Below are positions 20,438 to 30,681 of a stretch of 64,000 nucleotides of DNA, piece after piece. Where the stretch lies: the NCBI GenBank assembly GCA_963838955.1, contig CAWISZ010000002.1:121991-185990 (forward strand). Direction: 5' to 3'. Positions within the stretch are counted from its first letter, which is position 1, and every line of letters starts with the position of its first letter. Below the pieces are notes generated by a model. The model saw only the letters and a program-made list of their open reading frames with translations. It was not told the DNA's origin and did not search any database. The stretch is from an uncultured Thermoplasmata archaeon (GTDB lineage Archaea; Thermoplasmatota; Thermoplasmata; Lutacidiplasmatales; UBA184). The position numbers and the translations under genes are program-made.

Positions 20438-20757
20438 ACCCCTATCGGACAGAGGCGAACCTGAGCACGAACTTCCCTACCGCCGATGGGGCCCGACCGG
20501 GGTCTTCCGGAGCCAAGTCGACGGCGCCTCGACTGGACTATCCATACTTACGCACGGCGGCACGAAACGCCGCGTGGGTCTCGCTTGAGTCCGACCGCGA
20601 CGCTCCGATTTGACGGAGGAACGCCAGCAGGTTCGGCCATGCGGAGACGGGACGCCGCGTCGGCTCTACGTACTCGAAACACGCGACATAGCTCAGGAGT
20701 TTGGTCTCAGCTTCCTCAACCCGATTGCATTGTCGAATCGCTCCGTCGGTGAAGGAG
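20438..20757. repeat. direct repeat copy B (about 320 bp); degenerate 3-prime remnant of a paralog of 18884..19378
   Basis: Sequence matches copy A but no intact minus-strand ORF remains. Confidence 0.65.
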
Positions 20758-20788
20758 CCTATATCAAGTCCCCGACGCTATTGGGCCT

Positions 20789-22254
20789 ATGTCCGTGTGG
20801 GGAGGCGGATTCACCGCTCCCCTCATCCTAGTAGGGTTCATCGCAGTCGCGGCGCTCGCCGGATTCTTTGTGCTCTGGTACGAATCGCCCGGTCACTGGA
20901 TTTGGCGCGCGTGGGTGCGCCGGGGGAGTGAACGGCTCACGGGCCGAGCGGATCTGACCTGGGTCAACGTGTGGGTTCTGACCACCGTGGCTGCCGCCGT
21001 ATTCACACTAGGCGCAGGGGTCAACTGGGCACTAGGGGTTTACGGCTGCAGTCCGGGCGGCCCTTCGGACCTCATCACCCTGTGGACGTCTGGGCACGCC
21101 TTTCTCCACGGTGGCGATCCGTTCACAATCACCGCGTGCGGGACGTCCGGGAACCCGGTGCCCGCAGGGCTGGCGTCTGTCTTCATCGATGCAGTGGGAA
21201 GCCTTGGGGGACTCGCAGGGATCCTACTCGTTTGGGGTGCGGTCTCCGTGGCGATCATACCCCTGATCTGGACGCTGAGCGAACAGACACCGGCGATCGC
21301 GACTGTGTGGGTGCTCGTGTCCCTCCTGTATTTCCCGATCGTCGCCGCCCAGGTCGATGGGGCAAGCCTTGCCCTCGTGCCCCTGGCGATCCTGCTCACC
21401 CTGTACCTGGCCCGGCTGGGCTGGGTTCGGGCGGCAGCGGTCGGAGGGTTCCTCTCAACTGGTCGGTTCCCTGCGCTGTTCCCGATTCTCGGAGCCACCG
21501 GACGCGCTGGATCTCGGCGGGCCGTGGCATTCGTGAGCTCGCTCGGTCTCTTTGCCGCGGTCACGGGGGTTTCAGTCGCGGTCTACGGAGCCAGCTTCAC
21601 GGCCCGGCCTTCTTTCTTCAGTTCACGCGGGAAGGTTTCACCCTGAACTACTGGGGGGTTCTGGAGGGACTCGGGTGGCTCGTCCCCTCGACCGGCGTCA
21701 CTATCGTGCAAACGGCCCTCACGATCGCACTGGTAGTGGTCGTCTGGGGGTGGGCGCGCTCGACTCTTGGTGCCGTTGCAATTGTTCTCACCGGGATTGT
21801 ACTCCTGGCCCAGTTCCTATCGTTCGACGAGCTGGTGTTCCTGCTGCCCGTCGCGCTAATCGGGACGCGGGCAAGGTGGTGGCTCTGGGCGATCGGTCTT
21901 GTGGCCATCTCGAACTACCTCTACCTCCTGGCATTCCAACCGGTCGCCTCAGTCGGCAATTCTGCTGTCCCCTCGTACGCGCTCGACTTCGTGTTGACCG
22001 CCCTCCTCCTCGGATTGTTGGTAGAGCTCCTCCGGACGGAGATTGAGAGGTGGCCGAAGGAGCCGGATTCGGGATTCGAGGTCCGCTCGGACTCGAAAAT
22101 CGCTGGGGCGGCAGAAGCTCGGATCCAAACGACGAACCTACGTCGTGACTCCGCGCCCGACTCCACCGCGCTCGGATTCGTGGACCCTCTTCAAACCGCT
22201 GCCTTGAGCACAGAGGCCCGATTCGTTGATTGGATGACGTCGGGAGAGCTGTAG
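20789..22254 (+). pseudogene. polytopic membrane protein (GT-C/DUF2029-like), apparent +1 frameshift near 21610
   Basis: Hydrophobic ORF 20789..21646 continues in the frame of ORF 20971..22254 (AFFLQFTREGFTLNYW...). Junction falls in a CACGGCCCGGCC run. Confidence 0.55.
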
Positions 22255-22572
22255 AACGCGGTCGAACTCGCGTCACAATCTTGAGGGGGCATCGATATCA
22301 GCACCTACGTCTGGAGCAGACAAGGTAACCTATGCCTCCGTCTCCAAGAAAGCGACCGACGCCTGCCGGCAAGAAGCGCCACCAGAAGCAACGGCAGCGA
22401 AGAATTGCGGCACGAAGACGTCAGGTCCCACTCGGTGGAAACCGGGGCGGCTGGAAAGCGAAGTAGCACTCCGCTCAACTTTCACTGCGCTCAAGCAGTC
22501 TTGAGCCAACCTCAGGTGCGTAGTCCATCGGATTTCCCTCGGACGGCAATCGGAGGGTTTGCGATCCGATGC

Positions 22573-23061
22573 TCACATCCCCGGAGGGCGTTCGATCAGG
22601 ACCATGCCGTGCCGCGCCAACGTGGCCCCGACGAGGGAGGGGTCCGGAGGAGCGCCGCCCGACTTCGCGAACAGCTCGTCGAGCTCGAAGAAGAGCTTCT
22701 CCTGCAGGTCTGCCGGGTGGAAGACGATGAACGCCCGACCCGTTGAATCGCCGACGTTCTTGAGCCCGTGGACACCCAGCGAGACGACGTGGTGCACGAC
22801 CCCCGGGCCCGCTCGGGTAGTCTCCTTCCCTTTGATCCCCTTCGAATAGATCTCGAAGGTTCCTTCCCGGATCATGACGGACTCCTGAGCCGGGTGGGCG
22901 TGCAGGAACGCCGGACCGGTACCGGGCGGGAAGATGTGTTCCATGACCGAGTACGATCCGCCGGTTTCGACACCGGCGACCCGAACGTACATGGTGATTC
23001 CCATGACCTTCAGTGGACCGCGGTTAGTGGTCACCATCGGCGACCCTGGTGGGTTTGTCAT
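22573..23061 (-). CDS. cupin domain protein
   Basis: 162 aa; cupin metal-site motif HAHP...E...H. Confidence 0.75.
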   Translation of the reverse strand: MTNPPGSPMVTTNRGPLKVMGITMYVRVAGVETGGSYSVMEHIFPPGTGPAFLHAHPAQESVMIREGTFEIYSKGIKGKETTRAGPGVVHHVVSLGVHGLKNVGDSTGRAFIVFHPADLQEKLFFELDELFAKSGGAPPDPSLVGATLARHGMVLIERPPGM

Positions 23062-23162
23062 GGAGTCTCATGATCTCATGAGGGCATAGATTTTCCGAAG
23101 CCTCCAGGCCGGGAGGATTCTCTAGTCCGTCCGGAATGGGCCCGCGGGAATCGCAGCCAATC

Positions 23163-23966
23163 CTACTTCGCGTGGAACGATCCCGAAGCCTTCGACTTGC
23201 GGGCCGAATCCTCCTGGGCAACCCATCGATTGGCTCGAACGATCCGACCGAGCCGCTCGACGAACCCCTCGAGCTGATCGCCGCGAATGCCCACGATCAT
23301 TTTGTCGATCCCAAGGTCGGTATAGATCCGCGACCCTGCGCATCCGAGCGAGATGGCGACCGGAGTGCCAGCGTTCAGGACCGGCATGATCGAGCACATC
23401 GGGCGGCTGAGCATGGGCACCGGCTGCGCGTCCGCGCCCGATTCGGCGGCTTCGGCGACTAGCATGGCGGCGGTGGGTCGGGCGAAGATCAGCACACCGG
23501 TCGGAGGGAACGGAAGCGACCCAAGGGGTCCGTAGGCCACGAAGCGGGGGGCCTCGGCGTTGTGGGGTACACGGGCTTCCTCGCCCGGGTTTAGGTAGCC
23601 TTCCTTCTGCATGGATCCTATCGTGCCCATGAGCCGACTCCCCGGTTCTCCCTTCGGTGGAATTCCGAGAACGAACGCCCCGATCTCACAGTCCTCGTGC
23701 TGGGCGGTGGGCGCGACGAAGGCGCTCTGAGTGCCATACGCGAAGAACGTGCACACGGAAGGAACACCCCCCGGATGCGCTGGGACGCCTGCGGGGGACG
23801 CGTCCAGGTAGGAGATCTGCACCGGAGGCGTATCCAACTCGAGGTAGCGAGATAGCTCGTCGGCCATCAACTGCAGTTCCTTCGTCATCGATCGAACCCA
23901 CCCGCGCATGCGGCCGCGGGTCTTGAGCCTGCCCTCCCTGGTGCCGCCCGTGATCGATCGATCCAT
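23163..23966 (-). CDS. DUF169 (COG2043)-like protein
   Basis: 267 aa; pattern-level resemblance only. Confidence 0.5.
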   Translation of the reverse strand: MDRSITGGTREGRLKTRGRMRGWVRSMTKELQLMADELSRYLELDTPPVQISYLDASPAGVPAHPGGVPSVCTFFAYGTQSAFVAPTAQHEDCEIGAFVLGIPPKGEPGSRLMGTIGSMQKEGYLNPGEEARVPHNAEAPRFVAYGPLGSLPFPPTGVLIFARPTAAMLVAEAAESGADAQPVPMLSRPMCSIMPVLNAGTPVAISLGCAGSRIYTDLGIDKMIVGIRGDQLEGFVERLGRIVRANRWVAQEDSARKSKASGSFHAK

Positions 23967-24045
23967 GGGGCTGGCTTCGGTCGGCTAACCCACCCACTGA
24001 TGCTGCGCGACCTCGGATAGGCGGCGTTGCGCTGGGTTCAGTCCC

Positions 24046-24465
24046 TCAGAGTTGGTAGACAAACATCCGGTCCGCGGAGGTCTCGGGGAGGGCCCCAGTT
24101 GACCGATAGAGACGCACCGCCGCCCGGTTGTTCGGGTCGGTCAGGACAAAGACCTCCTCAAAGCCTCGCTCGCGGCAGTAGCTCAGTAACGACCGGATGA
24201 GTTTCCCGGCGATCCCGCGTCGGCGGAATCCCTTGAGCACGCTGACCTCGTACAGGAACATCTGCGGTCGGGTTGACCTCAGTTGGCCAAGGGCCGTGCC
24301 TCGGAGGAAGCCCACCGCCCGGCCGCGTTCCATCGCCAGTAGTAGGATGTTTCGATCCTCGGCAAGGTACTCCCGCACGGCCTCCGGGTCTAGGGGCCTG
24401 TCAAACAGAGCTGGCACCGCGAGGATTTCTGTCTCCTCTCCCAGGACGAGCCGCTTGACCTGCAT
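24046..24465 (-). CDS. GNAT family N-acetyltransferase
   Basis: Acetyl-CoA motif FRRRGIAGKL; 139 aa. Confidence 0.85.
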   Translation of the reverse strand: MQVKRLVLGEETEILAVPALFDRPLDPEAVREYLAEDRNILLLAMERGRAVGFLRGTALGQLRSTRPQMFLYEVSVLKGFRRRGIAGKLIRSLLSYCRERGFEEVFVLTDPNNRAAVRLYRSTGALPETSADRMFVYQL

Positions 24466-24612
24466 CCGGTCTCCGATTCACGGCGATCGGAAGAGCTGAG
24501 TGGGGGATGAACAGACCACCCGTCTTCCGCCGGGCACCGGGACCCAGCCACATGAACCGGACCCGGTCCAGCACGGCGGTCATCTCTGAAGGGGGGCGTC
24601 TAAGGAGGGCTA

Positions 24613-25611
24613 ATGAATCCCGTCCCCTCTCAATCGGGCGTGCCCCGCCAGAAGGTCCTCGATTGGCTGCTCGAGCCGGACCAGCCGTCGATCCGGTATC
24701 TCACCCTGACGCAGCTACTCGGCCGGAAGGCATCCGACGCCGACGTTCGGGAGGCGCGGGCCCGGATCCCGTACACCGGATGGGCCGCGGAGATCCTGGC
24801 TCGGCGCGACCCCGCCGGTTGGTGGGTCCGCGAGAAGAGTCTCTACCACCCGAAGTACATCTCCACGAACTGGAACCTGCTCGCCCTATCGGACCTCGGC
24901 GCGATACGCTCCATTCCCGCGGTGCGGGCATCGTGTGAACTGTGGATGAGACGCTCGCCTTTGAAGGGAGGAGGCGTCGGCGGGTTCTCCACCGGGAAAG
25001 GACACCACTGCTACACGGGGAACATGGCCCGCGCGTTGATCCGGCTCGGCTATGGCGACGACCCGCGGGTCCGCAAGGCGCTCGACTGGTTGGTCCGGAC
25101 CGCGCATCCCAAGGGCGGATGGACATGCTGGTCGTTCACGGACGGGCCCGCTCCCGGGCGGAACCTCGACTCGTGGGAGGGGCTGAGCGCCTTCGCCGTG
25201 TACCCCCGCTCCAAATGGACCCCCAAGACGAAGGACTGCGTGGAGCGAGGGGCCGAGTTCTTCCTCGACCGGGAGCTCCATCGGCAGGGAGAGCGGTACG
25301 CCCCGTGGTACCGCTTCCATTGGCCGGTCCACTACTACTACGACCTCCTGGTCGGCCTCGACATCCTGACCGCCCTCGGCTATGGGGACGACCCGAGACT
25401 TCAGTTCTCGCTCACCCACCTTCGGAAGAGGAGACAGTCCGACGGACGATGGACCCTAGATGCGGTCCACCCGGACGTGGGACCAACGATGGACCGCTGG
25501 TACGCGCAGCATCCTGGGGACCGACCGACCCCTCTCGCTTTCGAGAAGGTCGGCCGCCCGAGCAAGATGATCACGCTCCGGGCGCTCACCGTCCTCTCTC
25601 GGCTCAGTTGA
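24613..25611 (+). CDS. alpha/alpha-toroid protein with prenyltransferase/squalene-cyclase-type repeats
   Basis: 332 aa; repeated aromatic and GGW-containing segments (HPKGGWTCW, DGRWTLD). Confidence 0.5.
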   Translation: MNPVPSQSGVPRQKVLDWLLEPDQPSIRYLTLTQLLGRKASDADVREARARIPYTGWAAEILARRDPAGWWVREKSLYHPKYISTNWNLLALSDLGAIRSIPAVRASCELWMRRSPLKGGGVGGFSTGKGHHCYTGNMARALIRLGYGDDPRVRKALDWLVRTAHPKGGWTCWSFTDGPAPGRNLDSWEGLSAFAVYPRSKWTPKTKDCVERGAEFFLDRELHRQGERYAPWYRFHWPVHYYYDLLVGLDILTALGYGDDPRLQFSLTHLRKRRQSDGRWTLDAVHPDVGPTMDRWYAQHPGDRPTPLAFEKVGRPSKMITLRALTVLSRLS

Positions 25612-25689
25612 ATCCCCGGGAGACCTCCATCAACCCACCCTCTCGCGGGAGCGGGAAGGAGAGATATCGCCCCGCGTGTCGCGAGGATC

Positions 25690-26829
25690 GTGGGGTACCG
25701 GCCGCGAGAGTACGACCGCATCGTCGTCGGCGCGGGGGCGCTGGGATCTTCGATCGCATTCTACATGTCTCATCTGCACGGACGCACCCTGGTGCTCGAG
25801 CGCTATCACGAGAATCATCCATTCGGCTCGTCCCATGGGAAGACCCGGATCCTCCGCACGGCGTACTCCGAGGGTGCTGCGTACGTCCCCTTAGTCCTTC
25901 GAGCGCGCCGCCTATGGAAACGGCTGGAGCGAGAGAACGAGCGAGAAATCTTCCGGCCCACCGGCGTGCTCATGGCCGCCAGTTCGGATTCGCCCTCGCT
26001 TGCAAGTGCCCGCGAGAGCGCTCGTCGATATGGGCTTCCGAGCGAGGTGCTCGACTCGGACGAGGCTCGCGACCGGTTTCCGGCCTTCCAATTTGATCCG
26101 CAGGACGCGATCCTTTGGGACCCGGAGGGAGGAGTGCTGTTTCCCGAGCGAGCGATCCACGCCTACCGTCGACTGGCCCACTCTCGTGGGGTCGCCTTTC
26201 GGTGGAACTCGCCGGTACGCGACTGGATACGCACTTCGAATGGACGAATCCGGGTGAGCACCCGAACCCGAGAGTATCTCACCGACTCCCTCGTACTTTG
26301 TGCCGGTGCCTGGCTCCCGACCTTGACTCCAGGTCTCTCATTACCCCTGGAGGTAGAGCAACAGACCGTGTACTGGTTCCGACCCCGTGCTCGACGGAGC
26401 TCTCCGTACCGGACGATGCCCGCCTTCGTATGGTATCTGCCGGAAGGCGGGTACTACTACGGGACGCCGGACGTCGGAGATGGCGTCAAGATCGGGGGCA
26501 ACCAGGGGCAGCGCGTTCGGAACCTCGCACGTCGCCCGCGATCCTCGGTCCGCGAACTTCGGTCCGTTCAGAGGTTCCGGCGTGATCGACTGCCCGGCCT
26601 GTCTCCCCAACCCACCCACCGCGCGCGCTGCCTGTACACCAACACTCCGGACAAGAACTTCATCGTGGACTTCCACCCCGATTGTCCGAATGTCGTCATC
26701 GTGAGCGCGTGCTCCGGTCACGGGTTCAAGTTCGCGAGCGTCTTGGGCGAGCTGATCGCGCAAGGTGTGCACACCGGAAGGCTCGCACCCCCACTCGCTT
26801 CGTTCCGTTTGCCGAAGACGCGAAGATAG
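25690..26829 (+). CDS. solA: monomeric sarcosine oxidase / N-methyl amino acid oxidase family flavoprotein
   Basis: Dinucleotide motif VVGAGALGSS; covalent-FAD cysteine region SACSGHGFKF; 379 aa. Confidence 0.85.
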   Translation: MGYRPREYDRIVVGAGALGSSIAFYMSHLHGRTLVLERYHENHPFGSSHGKTRILRTAYSEGAAYVPLVLRARRLWKRLERENEREIFRPTGVLMAASSDSPSLASARESARRYGLPSEVLDSDEARDRFPAFQFDPQDAILWDPEGGVLFPERAIHAYRRLAHSRGVAFRWNSPVRDWIRTSNGRIRVSTRTREYLTDSLVLCAGAWLPTLTPGLSLPLEVEQQTVYWFRPRARRSSPYRTMPAFVWYLPEGGYYYGTPDVGDGVKIGGNQGQRVRNLARRPRSSVRELRSVQRFRRDRLPGLSPQPTHRARCLYTNTPDKNFIVDFHPDCPNVVIVSACSGHGFKFASVLGELIAQGVHTGRLAPPLASFRLPKTRR

Positions 26830-26879
26830 AGCTAATACGTCGACCTTTTCCGGCCGATTGCAGATCGGTGAGGAGCCTA

Positions 26880-26925
26880 ACGCCGCGCCCCAGGCTTCGG
26901 ACGTCAAGACCCGATTTACTATGAA
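26880..26925. promoter_or_regulatory. putative marR promoter/operator
   Basis: AT-rich intergenic stretch; inverted repeat GATTT-N6-AAATC and TATA-like AAATATAC upstream of the marR-MFS pair. Confidence 0.3.
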
Positions 26926-26957
26926 ATCGAAATATACTGGATCGAACTAATTGCCTC

Positions 26958-27455
26958 GTGGCGAGCGTTATGCTCCGATCGAAGGATCCGCGAGCCACCG
27001 ACCTTCCAGAGGCGCCACAGGATCTTCCGTGGCAACTGCTCCGGGAGGCTTTCTTCTTGCTCCGGGAGCGCTGGACACAGCAGCTCGAGCGATTCGATCT
27101 GTCGGTCTCCGACTTCGTAGTTCTAGAGCTGTGCGCTCCGCGCCCGGCCAAGACGTCCGAGATCGCCCGGAGGATCGGCATCACCGCCGCGGGTACGACC
27201 GATGTCATCGATCGACTGGAGGCTCGGCACCTGGTTCGGCGGGTCGCCGATCCGCAGGATCGCCGGGTAGTGCTGGTTCAACTTGCGCCTGCCGGTCGGC
27301 GCCTGTACCAGGAAGCGAAGTTTACGCGACGCGAGGCCCATCGGTCTCTGGATGACGTGATGAACCGGGAGGAGCGGCGTGCGCTGGCGAAGGGACTCTC
27401 TGCGCTCACGGCCGCGCTCCGCGACGATTCTCATCGAAGTGGAGGGGGCGGCTGA
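26958..27455 (+). CDS. MarR family transcriptional regulator
   Basis: Winged-HTH region SEIARRIGITAAGTTDVIDRLEARHLVRRVADPQDRR; GTG start; 165 aa. Confidence 0.85.
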   Translation: MASVMLRSKDPRATDLPEAPQDLPWQLLREAFFLLRERWTQQLERFDLSVSDFVVLELCAPRPAKTSEIARRIGITAAGTTDVIDRLEARHLVRRVADPQDRRVVLVQLAPAGRRLYQEAKFTRREAHRSLDDVMNREERRALAKGLSALTAALRDDSHRSGGGG

Positions 27456-29255
27456 GTACGGAATACAAGTGGACCGTCCTTTCCAACACGACCCTCGGGG
27501 CCCTCCTCGCCTCGATTGACGGTACGATCATACTGATCTCGCTGCCGGTCATCTTCCGGGGCCTCGGGGTCGACCCGTTCGCCCCCTCGAGCTTCCCGAT
27601 CCTGATCTGGCTGCTGCTGGGCTACGGGGTCGTGACGGCGACCCTGCTCGTCACCGTCGGCCGGCTCTCCGACATGTGGGGCCGCGCCCGGATGTACAAC
27701 GCCGGCTTCGCGATCTTCTCGACCGCCTCGGTCCTGCTGTTCGTCGAGCCGTTCTCCGGCATGACCGGTGCATGGATGCTCGTCGGATTCCGGCTCATCC
27801 AGGGGGTCGGGGCCGCGTTCCTCTTTGCGAACTCGACCGCGCTCTTGACCGACGCATTCGGCCCGGAGGAACGAGGGAAGGCGATCGGGTTCAACCAGGT
27901 CGCGTTCATCGGCGGCTCGATGGTCGGCCTCGTGGTCGGCGGCATCCTGGCGTCGATTCCCGACATCCCGATCGGTCCGTTCGTCCTACCGACGTGGCGC
28001 CTGATCTTCCTGATCAGTGTGCCCGTCGGGGTCTTCGGGACGTTGTGGGCGTACGCTCGGCTCCGCGAGACATCGATCCGCCGGGCCAACCAGAAGATCG
28101 ACTACGTCGGGAACGGAGTGTTCGCCGCCGGGATCACGCTCATACTGATCTCCACGACCTACGGGCTCCTCCCCTACGGCTCGTCTCCGACCGGATGGTC
28201 CAACCCCTGGGTCTTCAGCCGGCCTTGGGGCGGGAATCTTGCTGCTCGTGATCTTTCCGTTCATCGAACGTCGAGTGAAGGATCCGCTGTTCCGACTTCA
28301 CTTGTTCCGTGAACGAGCGTTCTCCGCGGGGATCTCTTCCGCGCTGCTGGGCTCGATCGCGCGCGGGGGGGTCATGCTGCTGCTGGTGGTCTGGTTCCAG
28401 GGGATTTGGCTCCCTCTGCACGGCTACTCGCTCGCGCAAACTCCCCTCTGGGCGGGGATCATGATGATGCCGATGATCGCCGGGTTCCTGACGGCGGCCC
28501 CGTTGAGTGGGTGGTTATCGGATCGAAGCGGGGCTCGAACGCTCTCGACCGTGGGAATGGCAATCGCTGGCGCCACGTTCTTCTTGTTCCTCCTGATCCC
28601 GGTGGACTTCGTCTACTGGCAAGTGGGCCTGCTCCTCTACGTGCAAGGCTGCGGAATGGGAATGTTCGCCGCACCGAACGCTGCGGCCGTCATGAACTCC
28701 GTCCCTGCCGAAGAACGAGGCGCGGCCTCCGGAATGCTTGCGACGTTGCAGAACACCGGCCAGCAACTCTCGCTGGCCCTCTTCTTCACGGTCGTCATCC
28801 TGGGCCTATCGGCGGGCATCGGAAGCTCGGTGACCAACGCGCTCTCCGCCGTCCAGGTCGGACCCCCGGACCTCCAGATCCTCAGCGGCCTGATGTCGGC
28901 CAGTCCGACCGGCGCCCTCTTCGGAGCTTTCCTAGGAGAGAATCCGATGCAGACGTACCTGATCGTGGCCGCGACCATCCCGGGATGGCAGCCTCTGGCC
29001 CCCTCCGTCATGTCGGCCCTCCTGACCCCCACCTTCTTCGCGAACTCCGTCGCGCCGGCCTTTGGAGGCGCTCTGAAGGACTCGTTCCTGTTCGCGGGGG
29101 CCACGACCGCCCTCGGGGCCCTCATCTCGGCCCTGCGCGGCAGGCGGTACATCTACGGGCAGACTCGAACCGTCGCGATGGGTTCGTCCGAGTCCGGCCC
29201 GAGCGCGGCGGCTTCGACAGCCGATCGTCCGACCGTAGCGAACCGGAGCCCTTGA
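27452..29255 (+). CDS. MFS transporter, DHA2 (EmrB/QacA)-like; no canonical start codon, and a +1 frameshift near 28225
   Basis: TM1/TM2 motifs KWTVLSNTTLGALLASIDGTIILISLP and GRLSDMWGRAR. Split into ORFs 27632..28312 and 28239..29255. No ATG/GTG/TTG between the upstream stop (27353) and 27632 in this frame. Confidence 0.7.
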
Positions 29256-29280
29256 GGAGATAAACGCCCACGGTTGCGAG

Positions 29281-29372
29281 CGTCCTCGGGGAACTCATCG
29301 CACAAGGCATGCGCACAGACAAGCTTCCGCCGCTGCTCGCTCCGTTCGGTCTCCCCCGAGCACCCCGACTCG
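29281..29372 (+). pseudogene. remnant of the C-terminus of a sarcosine-oxidase paralog
   Basis: Translates VLGELIAQGMRTDKLPPLLAPFGLPRAP, versus the solA C-terminus VLGELIAQGVHTGRLAPPLASFRLPK. Confidence 0.5.
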
Positions 29373-29517
29373 ATCATGTCACATGAGGCGGGATGCGGAC
29401 GTTCCCGTCAGAGGAGGTTCGAGCATCCGACCACCCGAAAGGCAACCGAACCTCCCGCCCGCGGACGGTTCGAGAGTTTGAACGCCCCTCGAGCCGCTCT
29501 CGCGGCGTGTCGAAACG

Positions 29518-29925
29518 CTATCTCTTCTTCCCCTTCTTCGCCGTTTTCTTGACGCCGGCTGCCTTGAATCCCTTCTTCGCCCCGGAGCCCGCGCCCTTCG
29601 CGCCACCCCAGAGTTGGCTGCCGAGCTTACGGGCTTTCTGGCTCGTCTTCGGCCCCCCTTCCTTGGCGCCACCTTCCTGGAATCCTTTCTTCGCCCCGGA
29701 GCCCATGCCCTTCGCGCCGCCCCAGAGCTCACTGCCGAGTTTACTAGCCCCCTCGCCGAGCTTATCGGCCTGGGTTTTCATCTTCTGTTCCATCCCCACG
29801 TTCGTCCCTACTTCGTGTCCGCAGCCCGGACACCACTTCGCGCCCTCCGGTAGCTCTGCTCCGCATCCTTCACATTTCATGGTCGTGTCGCCTCCCTCTG
29901 CAAGCGAGCCTGAAGGGTCTTTCAC
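29518..29925 (-). CDS. zinc-ribbon protein with Gly/Lys-rich 32-aa tandem repeat
   Basis: CEGCG...CPGCG ribbon, then KLGSELWGGAKGMGSGAKKGF and KLGSQLWGGAKGAGSGAKKGF repeats. Confidence 0.6.
   Translation of the reverse strand: MKDPSGSLAEGGDTTMKCEGCGAELPEGAKWCPGCGHEVGTNVGMEQKMKTQADKLGEGASKLGSELWGGAKGMGSGAKKGFQEGGAKEGGPKTSQKARKLGSQLWGGAKGAGSGAKKGFKAAGVKKTAKKGKKR
29540..29731. repeat. two tandem copies of an about 96-bp unit inside gene 29518..29925
   Basis: Units CCTTCTTCGCCCCGGAGCC...GCGCCRCCCCAGAG...CTGCCGAG visible by eye. Confidence 0.5.
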
Positions 29926-30078
29926 TCATTAGCCCTCCCCGAACGCCCTTCTCCGCCAGGTTCACGTCGCGCACCCCGCCGACGGCCGGGCCGGACATCC
30001 CGTACCCTCCTCCGTGGAGGACGTTGCGGGTACTATCGCGCTGACCGTTTCCCGTTCACTCCCCGCGCTTCGGCTCAA

Positions 30079-30633
30079 TCACCGCCGCATTGCTTTCGAT
30101 CCAATCAGGACGTCGCGCCATCCGAAAATAAGGACCAGGATGCTCACCACCCACAATCCGATGGCGACTTCCGCTACGTCGTAGATCTGGATGGTGAAGA
30201 GGATCAGCACCGGCTCCAGCAGAAGGAGGATCAAGCTCGCGGCGAAGCATCCGTCGGCCCGTCGCAGGTAGACCCCGGCGCGAGGATGGTCCGACCGCAG
30301 GGCCTCCATCAGGAACCAGTAATTGACCGAGGCGACCGAGAGCAGGAAGATGGTCACGACAACGTTGAGCAGGGTCACCCGGAACAGCACCGAGTTGATC
30401 GCGCCGGAGGCGGCGCGGTCGTACAGGAAGATCAGCACGAACGTCAGCATGACCACGACGGTCCCCGCCAGGCCGGCGGTGAGCGTTCGGTTCGAATCGG
30501 CGTATTCAAAGCTCGGCAAGTCTGCAGCGGCTACGCCCTGCTCGCCGGCTGAATCGAGAGGGGCCGGAACTGGCTCCGAACTCACGCTCGGACCAGAAGC
30601 ACCCAACTTTAACAACCTCCCGCCCATGTTCAC
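30079..30633 (-). CDS. integral membrane protein
   Basis: 184 aa; 4-5 TM helices after about 45-aa N-terminal region. Confidence 0.55.
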   Translation of the reverse strand: MNMGGRLLKLGASGPSVSSEPVPAPLDSAGEQGVAAADLPSFEYADSNRTLTAGLAGTVVVMLTFVLIFLYDRAASGAINSVLFRVTLLNVVVTIFLLSVASVNYWFLMEALRSDHPRAGVYLRRADGCFAASLILLLLEPVLILFTIQIYDVAEVAIGLWVVSILVLIFGWRDVLIGSKAMRR

Positions 30634-30681
30634 GGGAGAACCCTAGGGCGCCCGGGCGCTCGGAGCTGGAACGAGTAGAGC

